NCBI GenBank assembly: GCA_034439715.1
Contig: JAWXAY010000006.1
Coordinates: forward strand, 1-46,446
Direction of reading: 5' to 3'
Source: Pseudomonadota bacterium
Lineage (GTDB): Bacteria > Bdellovibrionota > Bdellovibrionia > Bdellovibrionales > SG-bin7
Length of the DNA: 46,446 nt
Part shown: positions 28,220 through 36,351 of the stretch, one piece after another
Layout of the letters: each line of letters opens with the position of its first letter
Position numbering within the stretch: the first letter of the stretch is position 1
Translations under genes and position numbers: made by a program
The notes under the pieces: generated by a model
Seen by the model: only the letters and a program-made list of their open reading frames with translations
Databases searched by the model: none
What the model was told of the DNA's origin: nothing

Positions 28220-30280
28220 ATGAGTAAAAAAACACTGCTACAAGGCGTAGTAAAAAGACATCCCGACGGTTTTGGGTTTTTAATACCTGACGATAGTGAA
28301 CACCCTGACGTTTATATTCCCCGACATGCTATGCAGGGGACTATGAGTAACGATCGCGTTTCTGCCGAAGTCGAGAAGTCAAGAGAGGGCAAGAATCGCT
28401 ATTCTGGAGAAAATGTTAAGCTCATCGAAAGAAGAACAAAAACTGTTTATGGACCCTACGCCAAAATGTCGGCGCAGTTTGGTTTGCTGGTGGATCACGA
28501 GGGCGCTTGGGGGAGTGATATTTATATTCCAGTTAACGATTCAAAAGGGGCTACGGAAGGTCAGATTGTTGCTCTAGAACTTACTGATAAACTCACTCAC
28601 TCGGGACATCTGATGGGACGAGTGGTTGAATTTTTAGGAGCCATCGAAGATCCACTGACCGATACTAAGCGGGTTATGATAGATCACCAGTTGCCTTTCG
28701 AGTTTTCGGCAATCGTAGTTAAAGAGTCAGAACGACTTCCGTTAGAGGTGACTCGAAAGGATTACGAAGGCCGCGAGAACCTGACGGGCGAGTCATTTAT
28801 TACGATTGACGGTGTTACCGCAAAAGATTTTGATGACGCCATTTTGGTAAAGTCGACGAGCCGTGGTTTTCAGTTGTGGGTGGCTATCGCAGATGTGAGT
28901 CATTATGTTAAGCCTGGCACGGCTATCGATGCTGAGGCCTATCAGCGGGGCACCAGTACTTATTTTCCAAAGTTTGTGATTCCGATGCTTCCCGAAAAAT
29001 TGAGTAACGAGCTTTGCTCATTAAAACCCAATGTCGATCGCTTATCATTTGTTTGTGAAATGTTGATTGGTTTTTCTGGGGATGTGCAATCCTACGAAGT
29101 TTATGAAGCTGTTATTAATAGCAAAGCCCGCGTCACCTATGGTGAGGCGCAAGAAGTGGTTGATGGAGCTGTAGGAAATGTCCCTATTCCTGAAAAATTA
29201 AAACATGTAAAAGAAAATATTATGCGCGCCGCAGACTTGGCAAAGGTCTTGATGGCGCGAAGGTTTCGTGAGGGCAGTCTGGATTTAGAGCTACCTGAGA
29301 CAGAAATTATTATTGATGATTTAGGGCAGCCGGTAGATATTATTAAGTCAGATCGAATTTTTGCCCACCGTTTAATTGAAGAACTAATGTTGATCGCCAA
29401 TGTTTGTGTCGCAAGATTCCTCAACGATAAAGGGTCCGATTGTCTTTACCGAATACATGAATCTCCCGAGCAAGAGGATGTCGATATTCTCGAGCGCTTT
29501 GTTTTTAACTTTGGCGGCAAACAAAAAATTGGTGGCGGAAAATTGCAGAAAAAATTAACGCGGGTGTTAGAAGATTTTTCGGGAACTGCCCAGGGCGAAG
29601 CCTTAAGTATGTTGATTCTGCGCTCGATGATGCAGGCAAAATACAGTCCTGAAAACGTAGGACATTTTGGCTTGGCTTTTTCACATTATGCCCATTTTAC
29701 TTCTCCCATTCGTCGCTACCCAGATTTAATTGTACATCGATTACTTAAAAAATTTGTGATCGATTCCAAGGCCTATCCGGGCTATGAGTTTGGCAATTTG
29801 GCGTCCTCCGGTACTTGGTTAAGTGCTTGCGAGCAGAGGTCAGTCAAAGCGGAGCGTCAATTTAGATCTATTAAAACTGCGCGCTTCATGTTTGGGTTCA
29901 TCGGCCAAGAGTTTGAATCTGTGATTAGTTCTGTAACCAAACTGGGCATTTTTGTTTTACTGAGGCAGTATGATGTGACGGGTCTCATCAAGATGGAAGA
30001 AATCGGTGTTAGAGGACTTGAACTCGATGAGCAAAATCTACGTCTTATCTCACCAAAAACTGGAATTGAATATAAAGTTGGTGATACACTCAAAGTCACT
30101 TTAGCTCACTCAAACATTGTGACGGGTAAGATTGATTTTGTTTTGTCAGGAGATTTAAAACGTGCCCCTCTTAACGACCGGAAAGAAAATAAGCCGCACC
30201 ATAAAAAGCGCCAGCCGCTTAAGACAAATAGTCGGAGTTTTGGCAAGACACGGTTTTCAAAACCTCGCCGAAAGCGTTAA
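28220..30280 (+). CDS. rnr: Ribonuclease R
   Basis: HPDGFGF CSD, TIDG.TAKDFDDA, IEELMLIAN, HFTSPIRRYPDL, S1 domain, basic tail. Confidence 0.93.
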   Translation: MSKKTLLQGVVKRHPDGFGFLIPDDSEHPDVYIPRHAMQGTMSNDRVSAEVEKSREGKNRYSGENVKLIERRTKTVYGPYAKMSAQFGLLVDHEGAWGSDIYIPVNDSKGATEGQIVALELTDKLTHSGHLMGRVVEFLGAIEDPLTDTKRVMIDHQLPFEFSAIVVKESERLPLEVTRKDYEGRENLTGESFITIDGVTAKDFDDAILVKSTSRGFQLWVAIADVSHYVKPGTAIDAEAYQRGTSTYFPKFVIPMLPEKLSNELCSLKPNVDRLSFVCEMLIGFSGDVQSYEVYEAVINSKARVTYGEAQEVVDGAVGNVPIPEKLKHVKENIMRAADLAKVLMARRFREGSLDLELPETEIIIDDLGQPVDIIKSDRIFAHRLIEELMLIANVCVARFLNDKGSDCLYRIHESPEQEDVDILERFVFNFGGKQKIGGGKLQKKLTRVLEDFSGTAQGEALSMLILRSMMQAKYSPENVGHFGLAFSHYAHFTSPIRRYPDLIVHRLLKKFVIDSKAYPGYEFGNLASSGTWLSACEQRSVKAERQFRSIKTARFMFGFIGQEFESVISSVTKLGIFVLLRQYDVTGLIKMEEIGVRGLELDEQNLRLISPKTGIEYKVGDTLKVTLAHSNIVTGKIDFVLSGDLKRAPLNDRKENKPHHKKRQPLKTNSRSFGKTRFSKPRRKR

Positions 30281-31826
30281 ATTAGGTCGCTTCATTTTAG
30301 AAAGACTATCAGATCAAGAACTCGATAAGTACACTGCACCCGAGCGGTTACGTATGGCCTTTGAGCAGTTGGGACCCACTTTTGTAAAACTGGGACAATT
30401 GTTTGCCTCTCGCCCTGACTTGATACCTATCGAATTTGTGGAAGAGTTTAAAAAACTTCACAATCAAGTTAAGACTATTCCCTATTCTGATATCGAAGCC
30501 GAGCTAAAATCTTATTACAATCGGGACCTCTCGGATATTTTTAGTGAGTTTGATAAAGAGCCACTAGCTGCGGCCAGTATAGCGCAGGTTCACAAAGCGA
30601 CCCTTTGTGATGGTTCGAAGGTAGTTGTTAAGGTACGTCGACCTGGAATAATTGATGTCATTAATCAAGATTTATCGGTACTTTTTCAGTTAGCAGAACT
30701 CATCGAGAAGTATGTTCCAGAGGCAAAACCCTATAATCCCAGGGCGGTTGTTGAAGAGTTTTTTAAATCCATGGAGTTTGAAACAAATTTTGTTGTCGAA
30801 GCGAATAATATGCGTCGAATCGCCAAAAATTTTGAAGGCGATAAAACTATTCGTATTCCTAAAGTGCATTGGAACTTTACTGGGGAAAATGTTTTGGTTA
30901 TGGAGGCACTCGAGGGAATTCCGCTGAGCTATCCCTCGGCTTTAAGGCAAGAGGGTGTAGACCTCAAAGTAGTCATTGATCGGGGTCTTAAGATTTTCAT
31001 GAAAATGGTTTTTACCGATGGATTTTTTCACGGTGATCTTCATCCCGGTAACTTTTTTATTTTACCCGGTAATGTTGTGGGCCTTGTTGATTTTGGTGTG
31101 GTCGGAAGGCTCAACAAGCGTACGCAGGATGCCATTGCCAGTATGTTGGTCGCGCTTGCCACGGAGGACTACGATCGGCTGGCCAGTGAATACATAGATC
31201 TTGCGCCATTTAGCGACGGTGTGGATGCTAATCAACTAGCGCGCGAGACGCGCGATGTGATTTCTCCCTATTATGGATTGACGATGAAAGAAGTTAACAT
31301 GGCAAAGGTTTTGCTAACTTCAACCTCGTTGGCTACTAAGCATCATTTACAGCTGCCTCGAGAGCTTATGTTATTTTTTAAATCATTGGTGGGCATTGAA
31401 AGTCTTGGGAGAATGCTTGTCATTGATTTTGATTTTTTAAGTTATTCTTTAGAGATTGCTAAAGAACTTGTAAAAGCTCGCTACGAACCTACGCGCATGG
31501 TTTCGAATTTGGCTTCGGTCATGAGGGAATCGCAGGGCATGCTTTTTGAAATGCCACGGCAGCTCCGCAATTTTTTTAGAAAAGTGAATCATCCCGATTT
31601 TGCCATAAAATTAAATGTTGAGTACATCGAAGAAACCAAAAGAGCTATAGAGACCTCTTCTAATATTTTGTTTTTGGGTATCGTCATCGGCAGCCTTATT
31701 ATCAGTGCCTCTATTTTATATGCTTTGAGTGGTCTGGATCACGGTATGCCACTTCTCAGCATCTTGGGCTACAGCCTGGCGGTTTTCTTCGGTATGATGG
31801 GATTTTATAATTATATTAAGAAATAA
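30162..31826 (+). CDS. ubiB: ABC1/UbiB (AarF) family atypical kinase
   Basis: LGPTFVKLGQ, PLAAASIAQVH, VVVKV.RP, FFHGDLHPGN, DFG; C-terminal TMs; AGGAG at 30148-30152 before GTG. Confidence 0.88.
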   Translation: MPLLTTGKKISRTIKSASRLRQIVGVLARHGFQNLAESVKLGRFILERLSDQELDKYTAPERLRMAFEQLGPTFVKLGQLFASRPDLIPIEFVEEFKKLHNQVKTIPYSDIEAELKSYYNRDLSDIFSEFDKEPLAAASIAQVHKATLCDGSKVVVKVRRPGIIDVINQDLSVLFQLAELIEKYVPEAKPYNPRAVVEEFFKSMEFETNFVVEANNMRRIAKNFEGDKTIRIPKVHWNFTGENVLVMEALEGIPLSYPSALRQEGVDLKVVIDRGLKIFMKMVFTDGFFHGDLHPGNFFILPGNVVGLVDFGVVGRLNKRTQDAIASMLVALATEDYDRLASEYIDLAPFSDGVDANQLARETRDVISPYYGLTMKEVNMAKVLLTSTSLATKHHLQLPRELMLFFKSLVGIESLGRMLVIDFDFLSYSLEIAKELVKARYEPTRMVSNLASVMRESQGMLFEMPRQLRNFFRKVNHPDFAIKLNVEYIEETKRAIETSSNILFLGIVIGSLIISASILYALSGLDHGMPLLSILGYSLAVFFGMMGFYNYIKK

Positions 31827-31935
31827 AATCTCGTAAGCCGATTTCTAATTTCACTGAATCACTTTCGAAACTGCATTAAGAAAGGGAATATTGACGCCAT
31901 CCCAACGGTAACCGTAAGTTATTCCTGCATGATAT

Positions 31936-32022
31936 TTAATATCCGCTGGTCAACATTAAAACAAGGCCAAGAGCCATTACCATCCAGATCGAGTTCGTCC
32001 ATTCCGTTGAAACTGTTTTCAT
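31936..32022 (-). CDS. Unannotated 28-aa hydrophobic microprotein MKTVSTEWTNSIWMVMALGLVLMLTSGY
   Basis: AGGAGG (minus strand, 32035-32030) 7 nt before ATG 32022; TAA at 31938-31936; one TM-like stretch. Confidence 0.6.
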   Translation of the reverse strand: MKTVSTEWTNSIWMVMALGLVLMLTSGY

Positions 32023-32043
32023 CGTTCTTCCTCCTGTTAGATT

Positions 32044-32070
32044 TGGGTCACACCCACAAGATGTGACCCA
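32044..32070 (-). other. Stem-loop directly after the flagellin stop codon, without U-tract
   Basis: TGGGTCACA/TGTGACCCA 9-bp perfect stem, extendable by G-U pairs on the minus strand. Confidence 0.65.
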
Positions 32071-32078
32071 TTAATAAA

Positions 32079-32912
32079 TTACTGTAAAAGCTTCAGCGCA
32101 ATCTGCTGAATATTATTCGCTTGCTGAAGAACAGACACACCAGACTGAAGTAGTATGTTATGTCTTGTCATTTCCGACGTCTCAGCGGCAATATCAGCAT
32201 CCCTAATTCGAGAGTTCGCTGCTGACATGTTCTCATCGCTAATTGCTATGTTATTCACCGTTGAAGTTAATCGGTTTTGCATAGCTCCAAAATTCGCACG
32301 AATCGCATTTATGCTAATTATGGCACTGTCCACAGCAGAAATACTTACCTGAGCCCCTTCTTTTGTAGCAGTACTTTCAGCCATCATGCCAATAGCCTCA
32401 AGAGTTGAGTTCGAGGCCGAGGCATTAAAAGATATCCGATCTTTAAATGGGTCGTTAAAAACACCCACTTGGATATCCATAATTCCGCCGGTACCGTTCA
32501 ACAAGTCTCTGCCGTTAAACTCAGTCACTTCTGAAACGCGCTGAATCTCTGACTTTAACTGTTGATACTCAACATCAATAAACTTTCGCTCTGTATCGCC
32601 GACAGTGTCAGAGGCCGCCTGAATGGCTAGCTCTCTCAACCGAATAAGCATGGCTGAAATTTCATTCAAACCACCCTCTGCGACTTGAACCAACGAGATA
32701 CCATCATTGCCATTTCGTTGTGCCTGACGTAGGCCACGAATTTTGGCTTTTAAGTTCTCGCTGATTGCGAGTCCGGCGGCATCATCAGACGCCTGATTGA
32801 TGCGGTAACCAGAGCTCAAACGGTTTAAAGCGTGGCTAAGGCCAGCGTTATTGACCGTTAAATTTCTTTGGGCATTTAGCGAAGTAACATTGGTCGCTAT
32901 TCTGAGTCCCAT
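32079..32912 (-). CDS. fliC: Flagellin, short (277 aa; start revised to ATG 32912)
   Basis: MGLRIATN, RLSSGYRINQASDDAAGLAIS, RANFGAMQNRL, SRIRDAD; AAGGAGG RBS. Confidence 0.96.
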   Translation of the reverse strand: MGLRIATNVTSLNAQRNLTVNNAGLSHALNRLSSGYRINQASDDAAGLAISENLKAKIRGLRQAQRNGNDGISLVQVAEGGLNEISAMLIRLRELAIQAASDTVGDTERKFIDVEYQQLKSEIQRVSEVTEFNGRDLLNGTGGIMDIQVGVFNDPFKDRISFNASASNSTLEAIGMMAESTATKEGAQVSISAVDSAIISINAIRANFGAMQNRLTSTVNNIAISDENMSAANSRIRDADIAAETSEMTRHNILLQSGVSVLQQANNIQQIALKLLQ

Positions 32913-32990
32913 ATTATCCTCCTTGCATAAAGAATCCTCCGTGATGCTTGCCATCCATTTGGCAAAAGCAGAACTTCCAGCTCTGCATTA
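32913..32990 (-). promoter_or_regulatory. Flagellin 5' leader with CsrA-type GGA hairpin loops
   Basis: Minus strand: GCAGAGC-UGGAA-GUUCUGC, UUGCCA-AAUGGA-UGGCAA, CACGGAGGA, AAGGAGG (SD). Confidence 0.6.
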
Positions 32991-33047
32991 TTTTGACTTC
33001 AGTGAAGTACCCGAAATTCAAAATTGAATTCCATCGCTTCGCTTTAT

Positions 33048-33074
33048 TAATCGGAAAATATTTTTTTACTCTTA
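33048..33074 (-). promoter_or_regulatory. sigma28 (FliA) promoter
   Basis: TAAG-N15-TCCGATTA on the minus strand upstream of flagellin. Confidence 0.7.
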
Positions 33075-33115
33075 AGGCTAGATTTTTTTATAAATATTTT
33101 TTTGAATTAAGATCA

Positions 33116-33138
33116 GAGCCGTAGTTGTGCTACGGCCC
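33116..33138 (-). terminator. Probable terminator hairpin of the upstream flagellin transcript
   Basis: GGGCCGUAG-CACAA-CUACGGCUC (G-U pair favours minus strand); weak U-rich tail. Confidence 0.45.
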
Positions 33139-33293
33139 TGTTTGCAGGAAACATAATCTATCAGCTTCAGTTCCAGGTCCAACTATCAATCAGCAGCATA
33201 CCTTCATTGATCCGGCCTAAGGGGGTTCATCCTGACCCCAGGGGCTAGAGATCGTGAACCAAGACTTTCTTAAGTTAGGGGAATAACCCTAAA

Positions 33294-34139
33294 TTAAGAG
33301 AAAGTCTTGTTCAAGAGCGAAAGTGCCGTGTTGGCAGACTGGTTAGCTTGCGCCAAGACGGAAGTGCCGGCCTGTAGCAAGATATTATTTTTAGTAAACT
33401 CAGCAGTTTCTTCAGCTATGTCAGCATCTCGAATACGACTATTTGCTGCAGCCATATTTTCGACACCTACTGCGATGTTGCTGATGGTACTTTGAAGCCT
33501 ATTTTGTATGGCACCAAAGTCAGCTCGCATTGCAGAGACACTCACGATAGCTTGGTCGAGCGCACTCAGCGTATTTTGCGCTGAAGCTTTATCGGCCACA
33601 CTGGTGAGGTTGACTCCTAGAGCAGCCGAATTGGCGTCAGCTTTTGAAGCATCAAAAGACAGACGGTCAATATTGGGATCGTTTCTGGTTCCCACTTGGA
33701 AATCCAGCACTGATCCTGTGCCGCTTAAGAGTTGAGTACCGTTAAATTCGGTACCGTCGGCGATACGGTCAATCTCTGAAATGAGCTGATCGTATTCCAC
33801 GTTTAAGAATTGTCGTTCAACAGGTCCAATAGTATCTGAAGCTGCTTGTACGGACAACTCACGTAACCTAATGAGAATTCCACTTATCTCATTGAGCGAA
33901 CCCTCTGCCACTTGCACCAGCGAAACACCGTCTTGGGCGTTTCTTTGTGCTTGTTTAAGGCCTCGGATTTGCGCTTTTAAGTTTTCGGAAATTGCCAGCC
34001 CGGCAGCGTCGTCACCGGCTCTGTTGATTCGGTAGCCTGAAGATAACTTCTCCAGGTTTCTGTCTAAACCTAACTTCGTACCCGTCAAATTTCTTTGAGC
34101 GTTTATTGAAGCTACGTTTGTATTAATTCGTAATCCCAT
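33294..34139 (-). CDS. fliC: Flagellin, short (281 aa)
   Basis: MGLRINTN, KLSSGYRINRAGDDAAGLAIS, RADFGAIQNRL, SRIRDAD; AAGGAGGAGG RBS. Confidence 0.97.
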   Translation of the reverse strand: MGLRINTNVASINAQRNLTGTKLGLDRNLEKLSSGYRINRAGDDAAGLAISENLKAQIRGLKQAQRNAQDGVSLVQVAEGSLNEISGILIRLRELSVQAASDTIGPVERQFLNVEYDQLISEIDRIADGTEFNGTQLLSGTGSVLDFQVGTRNDPNIDRLSFDASKADANSAALGVNLTSVADKASAQNTLSALDQAIVSVSAMRADFGAIQNRLQSTISNIAVGVENMAAANSRIRDADIAEETAEFTKNNILLQAGTSVLAQANQSANTALSLLNKTFS

Positions 34140-34229
34140 GTTCCTCCTCCTTGAAGATCATCAGCGGCGATCCTTGCTGCTGTGGGTACCTTGCATAGCA
34201 CCCGGGCGGACCATAATGTCCTAATGAAC

Positions 34230-34256
34230 TGATCGGTGACTCACGTTGAGACTTGA
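34230..34256 (-). promoter_or_regulatory. sigma28 (FliA) promoter
   Basis: TCAA-N15-ACCGATCA on the minus strand, about 90 nt upstream of the flagellin ATG. Confidence 0.6.
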
Positions 34257-34292
34257 TAAAATAAACGACTCATAATGAAAAACTAGACTTTT

Positions 34293-34348
34293 CTCTTAAG
34301 GTGCCCTCTTAAGGTGCCAGCCCCTGCCCTCTTAAGGTGCCAGCCCCT
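34293..34348. repeat. 23-bp perfect tandem repeat TGCCCTCTTAAGGTGCCAGCCCC x2 plus a partial third copy
   Basis: Units at 34302-34324 and 34325-34347; CTCTTAAGGTGCC also at 34293-34305. Confidence 0.92.
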
Positions 34349-34460
34349 AAAAAAGAATAATTCAGTCTTGTTTTGAGGCGTCGAACTATCAGATAGTCGA
34401 CCAAAGTTAGACGTTTATAAAGGTTTTGACAGCCTATTTAAAAGCTAAACGATTTGGCCG

Positions 34461-34476
34461 TGGCATTCACCTTGCT
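34461..34476 (+). promoter_or_regulatory. sigma54 (-24/-12) promoter
   Basis: TGGCAT-TCACC-TTGCT with GG-N10-GC spacing; 30 nt before ATG 34507; GGAGG RBS. Confidence 0.7.
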
Positions 34477-34506
34477 TAATAAAAGGTACTTGATCGGGAG
34501 GATTAG

Positions 34507-34983
34507 ATGTCTAAAGTTACTCTATCATTATTGTCTCTATTAGCTGCCATTTTATTTTTTCAAAATTGTAGTAAGGTCGGATTTAGCAGCAACTCTGGGA
34601 ACCTCACAAAAGTTGCCGGTGATCCAGGCGCGACATCTGCGAATGTGTCTGAAGACGGGGATGATAACTTACTGCCACTCGGTGACGGCGAGGGAGAAGG
34701 TGAAGTCGTCGAAGAAGACGGTGACGATGATAGCGACGGTCTCGCCGCCAATTATATTTGTATTCTAAAAGGTCCTGGTAAATCCATTCGAGTTGGTTTT
34801 GTCGGTGGTGAACTCGTTGAACATGGAAGGACGCCTAAAGTAGTATGCATGTCTCGATCTGCATGTCTCAATATTATAAGTAAGGCATTCGACGTTAAAT
34901 ATCCAGTCAAACGAGGTTTTTGCCCAAACAAAAATCCTCATGTGATTCCTTTTTCTGATTCTGAGCTACAAGATTTAATTTAA
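34507..34983 (+). CDS. Hypothetical lipoprotein (FQNC-type lipobox), acidic linker and 4-Cys C-terminal domain
   Basis: LLAAILFFQNC; D/E/G-rich linker; YIC...VVCM..AC...GFCP. Confidence 0.8.
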   Translation: MSKVTLSLLSLLAAILFFQNCSKVGFSSNSGNLTKVAGDPGATSANVSEDGDDNLLPLGDGEGEGEVVEEDGDDDSDGLAANYICILKGPGKSIRVGFVGGELVEHGRTPKVVCMSRSACLNIISKAFDVKYPVKRGFCPNKNPHVIPFSDSELQDLI

Positions 34984-35011
34984 TTTTTTTTATACGATTG
35001 AGCGGGCCAGC

Positions 35012-35500
35012 CTAAACCCGCTCATAAACTAAAAAAGAAAACTCCAAAGGTTCCGAACGTTTGACGCGACTTACTTCGCGAAACTTCTTGAGATCAAACT
35101 CCGGATAAAACGCATCGCCCGGAAACTCTTTATAAATATGCGTGAGATAAATCTTATCAACCTGCCCAAGACTCTCTTTATAGATTTCACCGCCACCACA
35201 AATAAAAACTTCTGCAGGCCAATCGGCCAAATGTTTTTTGGCCTCAGCGACCGCCGCCGCAACAGTGGGGACCACAATACAGCCGCGACTATCATAGGCA
35301 GTCTGTCGTGTTACAATAATGGTTAAGCGTTTGTTTAATGGTTTTTCGAGAGTTTCAAAGGTTTTTCGGCCCATAATTATTATATGCCCGCGCGTTTTTT
35401 CCATAAAATATTTCATGTCTTCGGGCACGTTCCAGGGCAGAGTGCCCTTGTTGCCGATAACGCGGTTATCTCCCATGGCGACGATGTGAGACAAAATCAT
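35012..35500 (-). CDS. folA: Dihydrofolate reductase
   Basis: IVAM..NRVIG...[32 protein letters not shown]. Confidence 0.95.
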   Translation of the reverse strand: MILSHIVAMGDNRVIGNKGTLPWNVPEDMKYFMEKTRGHIIIMGRKTFETLEKPLNKRLTIIVTRQTAYDSRGCIVVPTVAAAVAEAKKHLADWPAEVFICGGGEIYKESLGQVDKIYLTHIYKEFPGDAFYPEFDLKKFREVSRVKRSEPLEFSFLVYERV

Positions 35501-36291
35501 ATCGAAATTTCAGCCTTAATCATGGGATGAGGGTCATACTCAACTAACTGGAAGTCTTCGTATTTAAACTCAAAAATATTCTTAACCGCAGAATTAATTA
35601 TCACGCGAGGTTTCGGCCTTATTGTTCGAGATATTTGGAGCCGGGCCTGTTCAATGTGATTTAAATAAATATGAGCATCGCCTAGCGTGTGTATAAATTC
35701 GAAGGGAATCAAATCACAAACCTGTGCCACCATCATTGTGAGTAATGCGTAGCTAGCAATATTAAAAGGAACTCCTAAAAACACGTCAGCACTACGTTGA
35801 TAAAGCTGACACGATAGCCGACCATTACTTACATTAAATTGAAAAAAGGCGTGGCAAGGTGGCAGTGCCATTTTATCAATTTCACCGGGATTATAAGCCA
35901 CGACACACATTCGACGAGATTTAGGATTTTTTTTTATTTCGTCTATCACATTTGAAATCTGGTCGATCGTGCGGCCATCGGGTGCCTGCCATGACCGCCA
36001 TTGGGCTCCATAAACACGGCCCAGGTCACCATGCTGATCAGCCCATTCGTCCCAGATAGTTACTTTATTTTCGTGGAGGTATTTAATGTTGGTATCACCC
36101 CTTAGAAACCACAAGAGCTCGTGAGTAATTGAGCGCATATGACATTTTTTTGTAGTGACGAGCGGAAAGCCGTCTTGCAAATTAAAGCGCATTTGGTGCC
36201 CAAACGTACTTAAAATACCCGTACCAGTTCGGTCATCTTTGGGGGTACCCTTATCGAGAATCTCTTGCATGAGGTCTAAGTACGGCTTCAT
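35497..36291 (-). CDS. thyA: Thymidylate synthase (start revised to ATG 36291)
   Basis: [43 protein letters not shown]. Confidence 0.97.
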   Translation of the reverse strand: MKPYLDLMQEILDKGTPKDDRTGTGILSTFGHQMRFNLQDGFPLVTTKKCHMRSITHELLWFLRGDTNIKYLHENKVTIWDEWADQHGDLGRVYGAQWRSWQAPDGRTIDQISNVIDEIKKNPKSRRMCVVAYNPGEIDKMALPPCHAFFQFNVSNGRLSCQLYQRSADVFLGVPFNIASYALLTMMVAQVCDLIPFEFIHTLGDAHIYLNHIEQARLQISRTIRPKPRVIINSAVKNIFEFKYEDFQLVEYDPHPMIKAEISI

Positions 36292-36351
36292 TAACAACAC
36301 CTCTATATTTTTTTTGTGGCTTATTTTAGACAGTGACCAGACCTCTGTCCA

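Noticed and set aside
32079..34139. Similarity between the two flagellin genes as a recombination cassette or DGR-like repeat
   Set aside because: Ordinary paralogy; both genes are intact with their own promoters, and no recombinase or reverse transcriptase is present
34655..34740. GACGG/GAAG-rich quasi-repeats
   Set aside because: Explained by the low-complexity Asp/Glu/Gly linker of the lipoprotein
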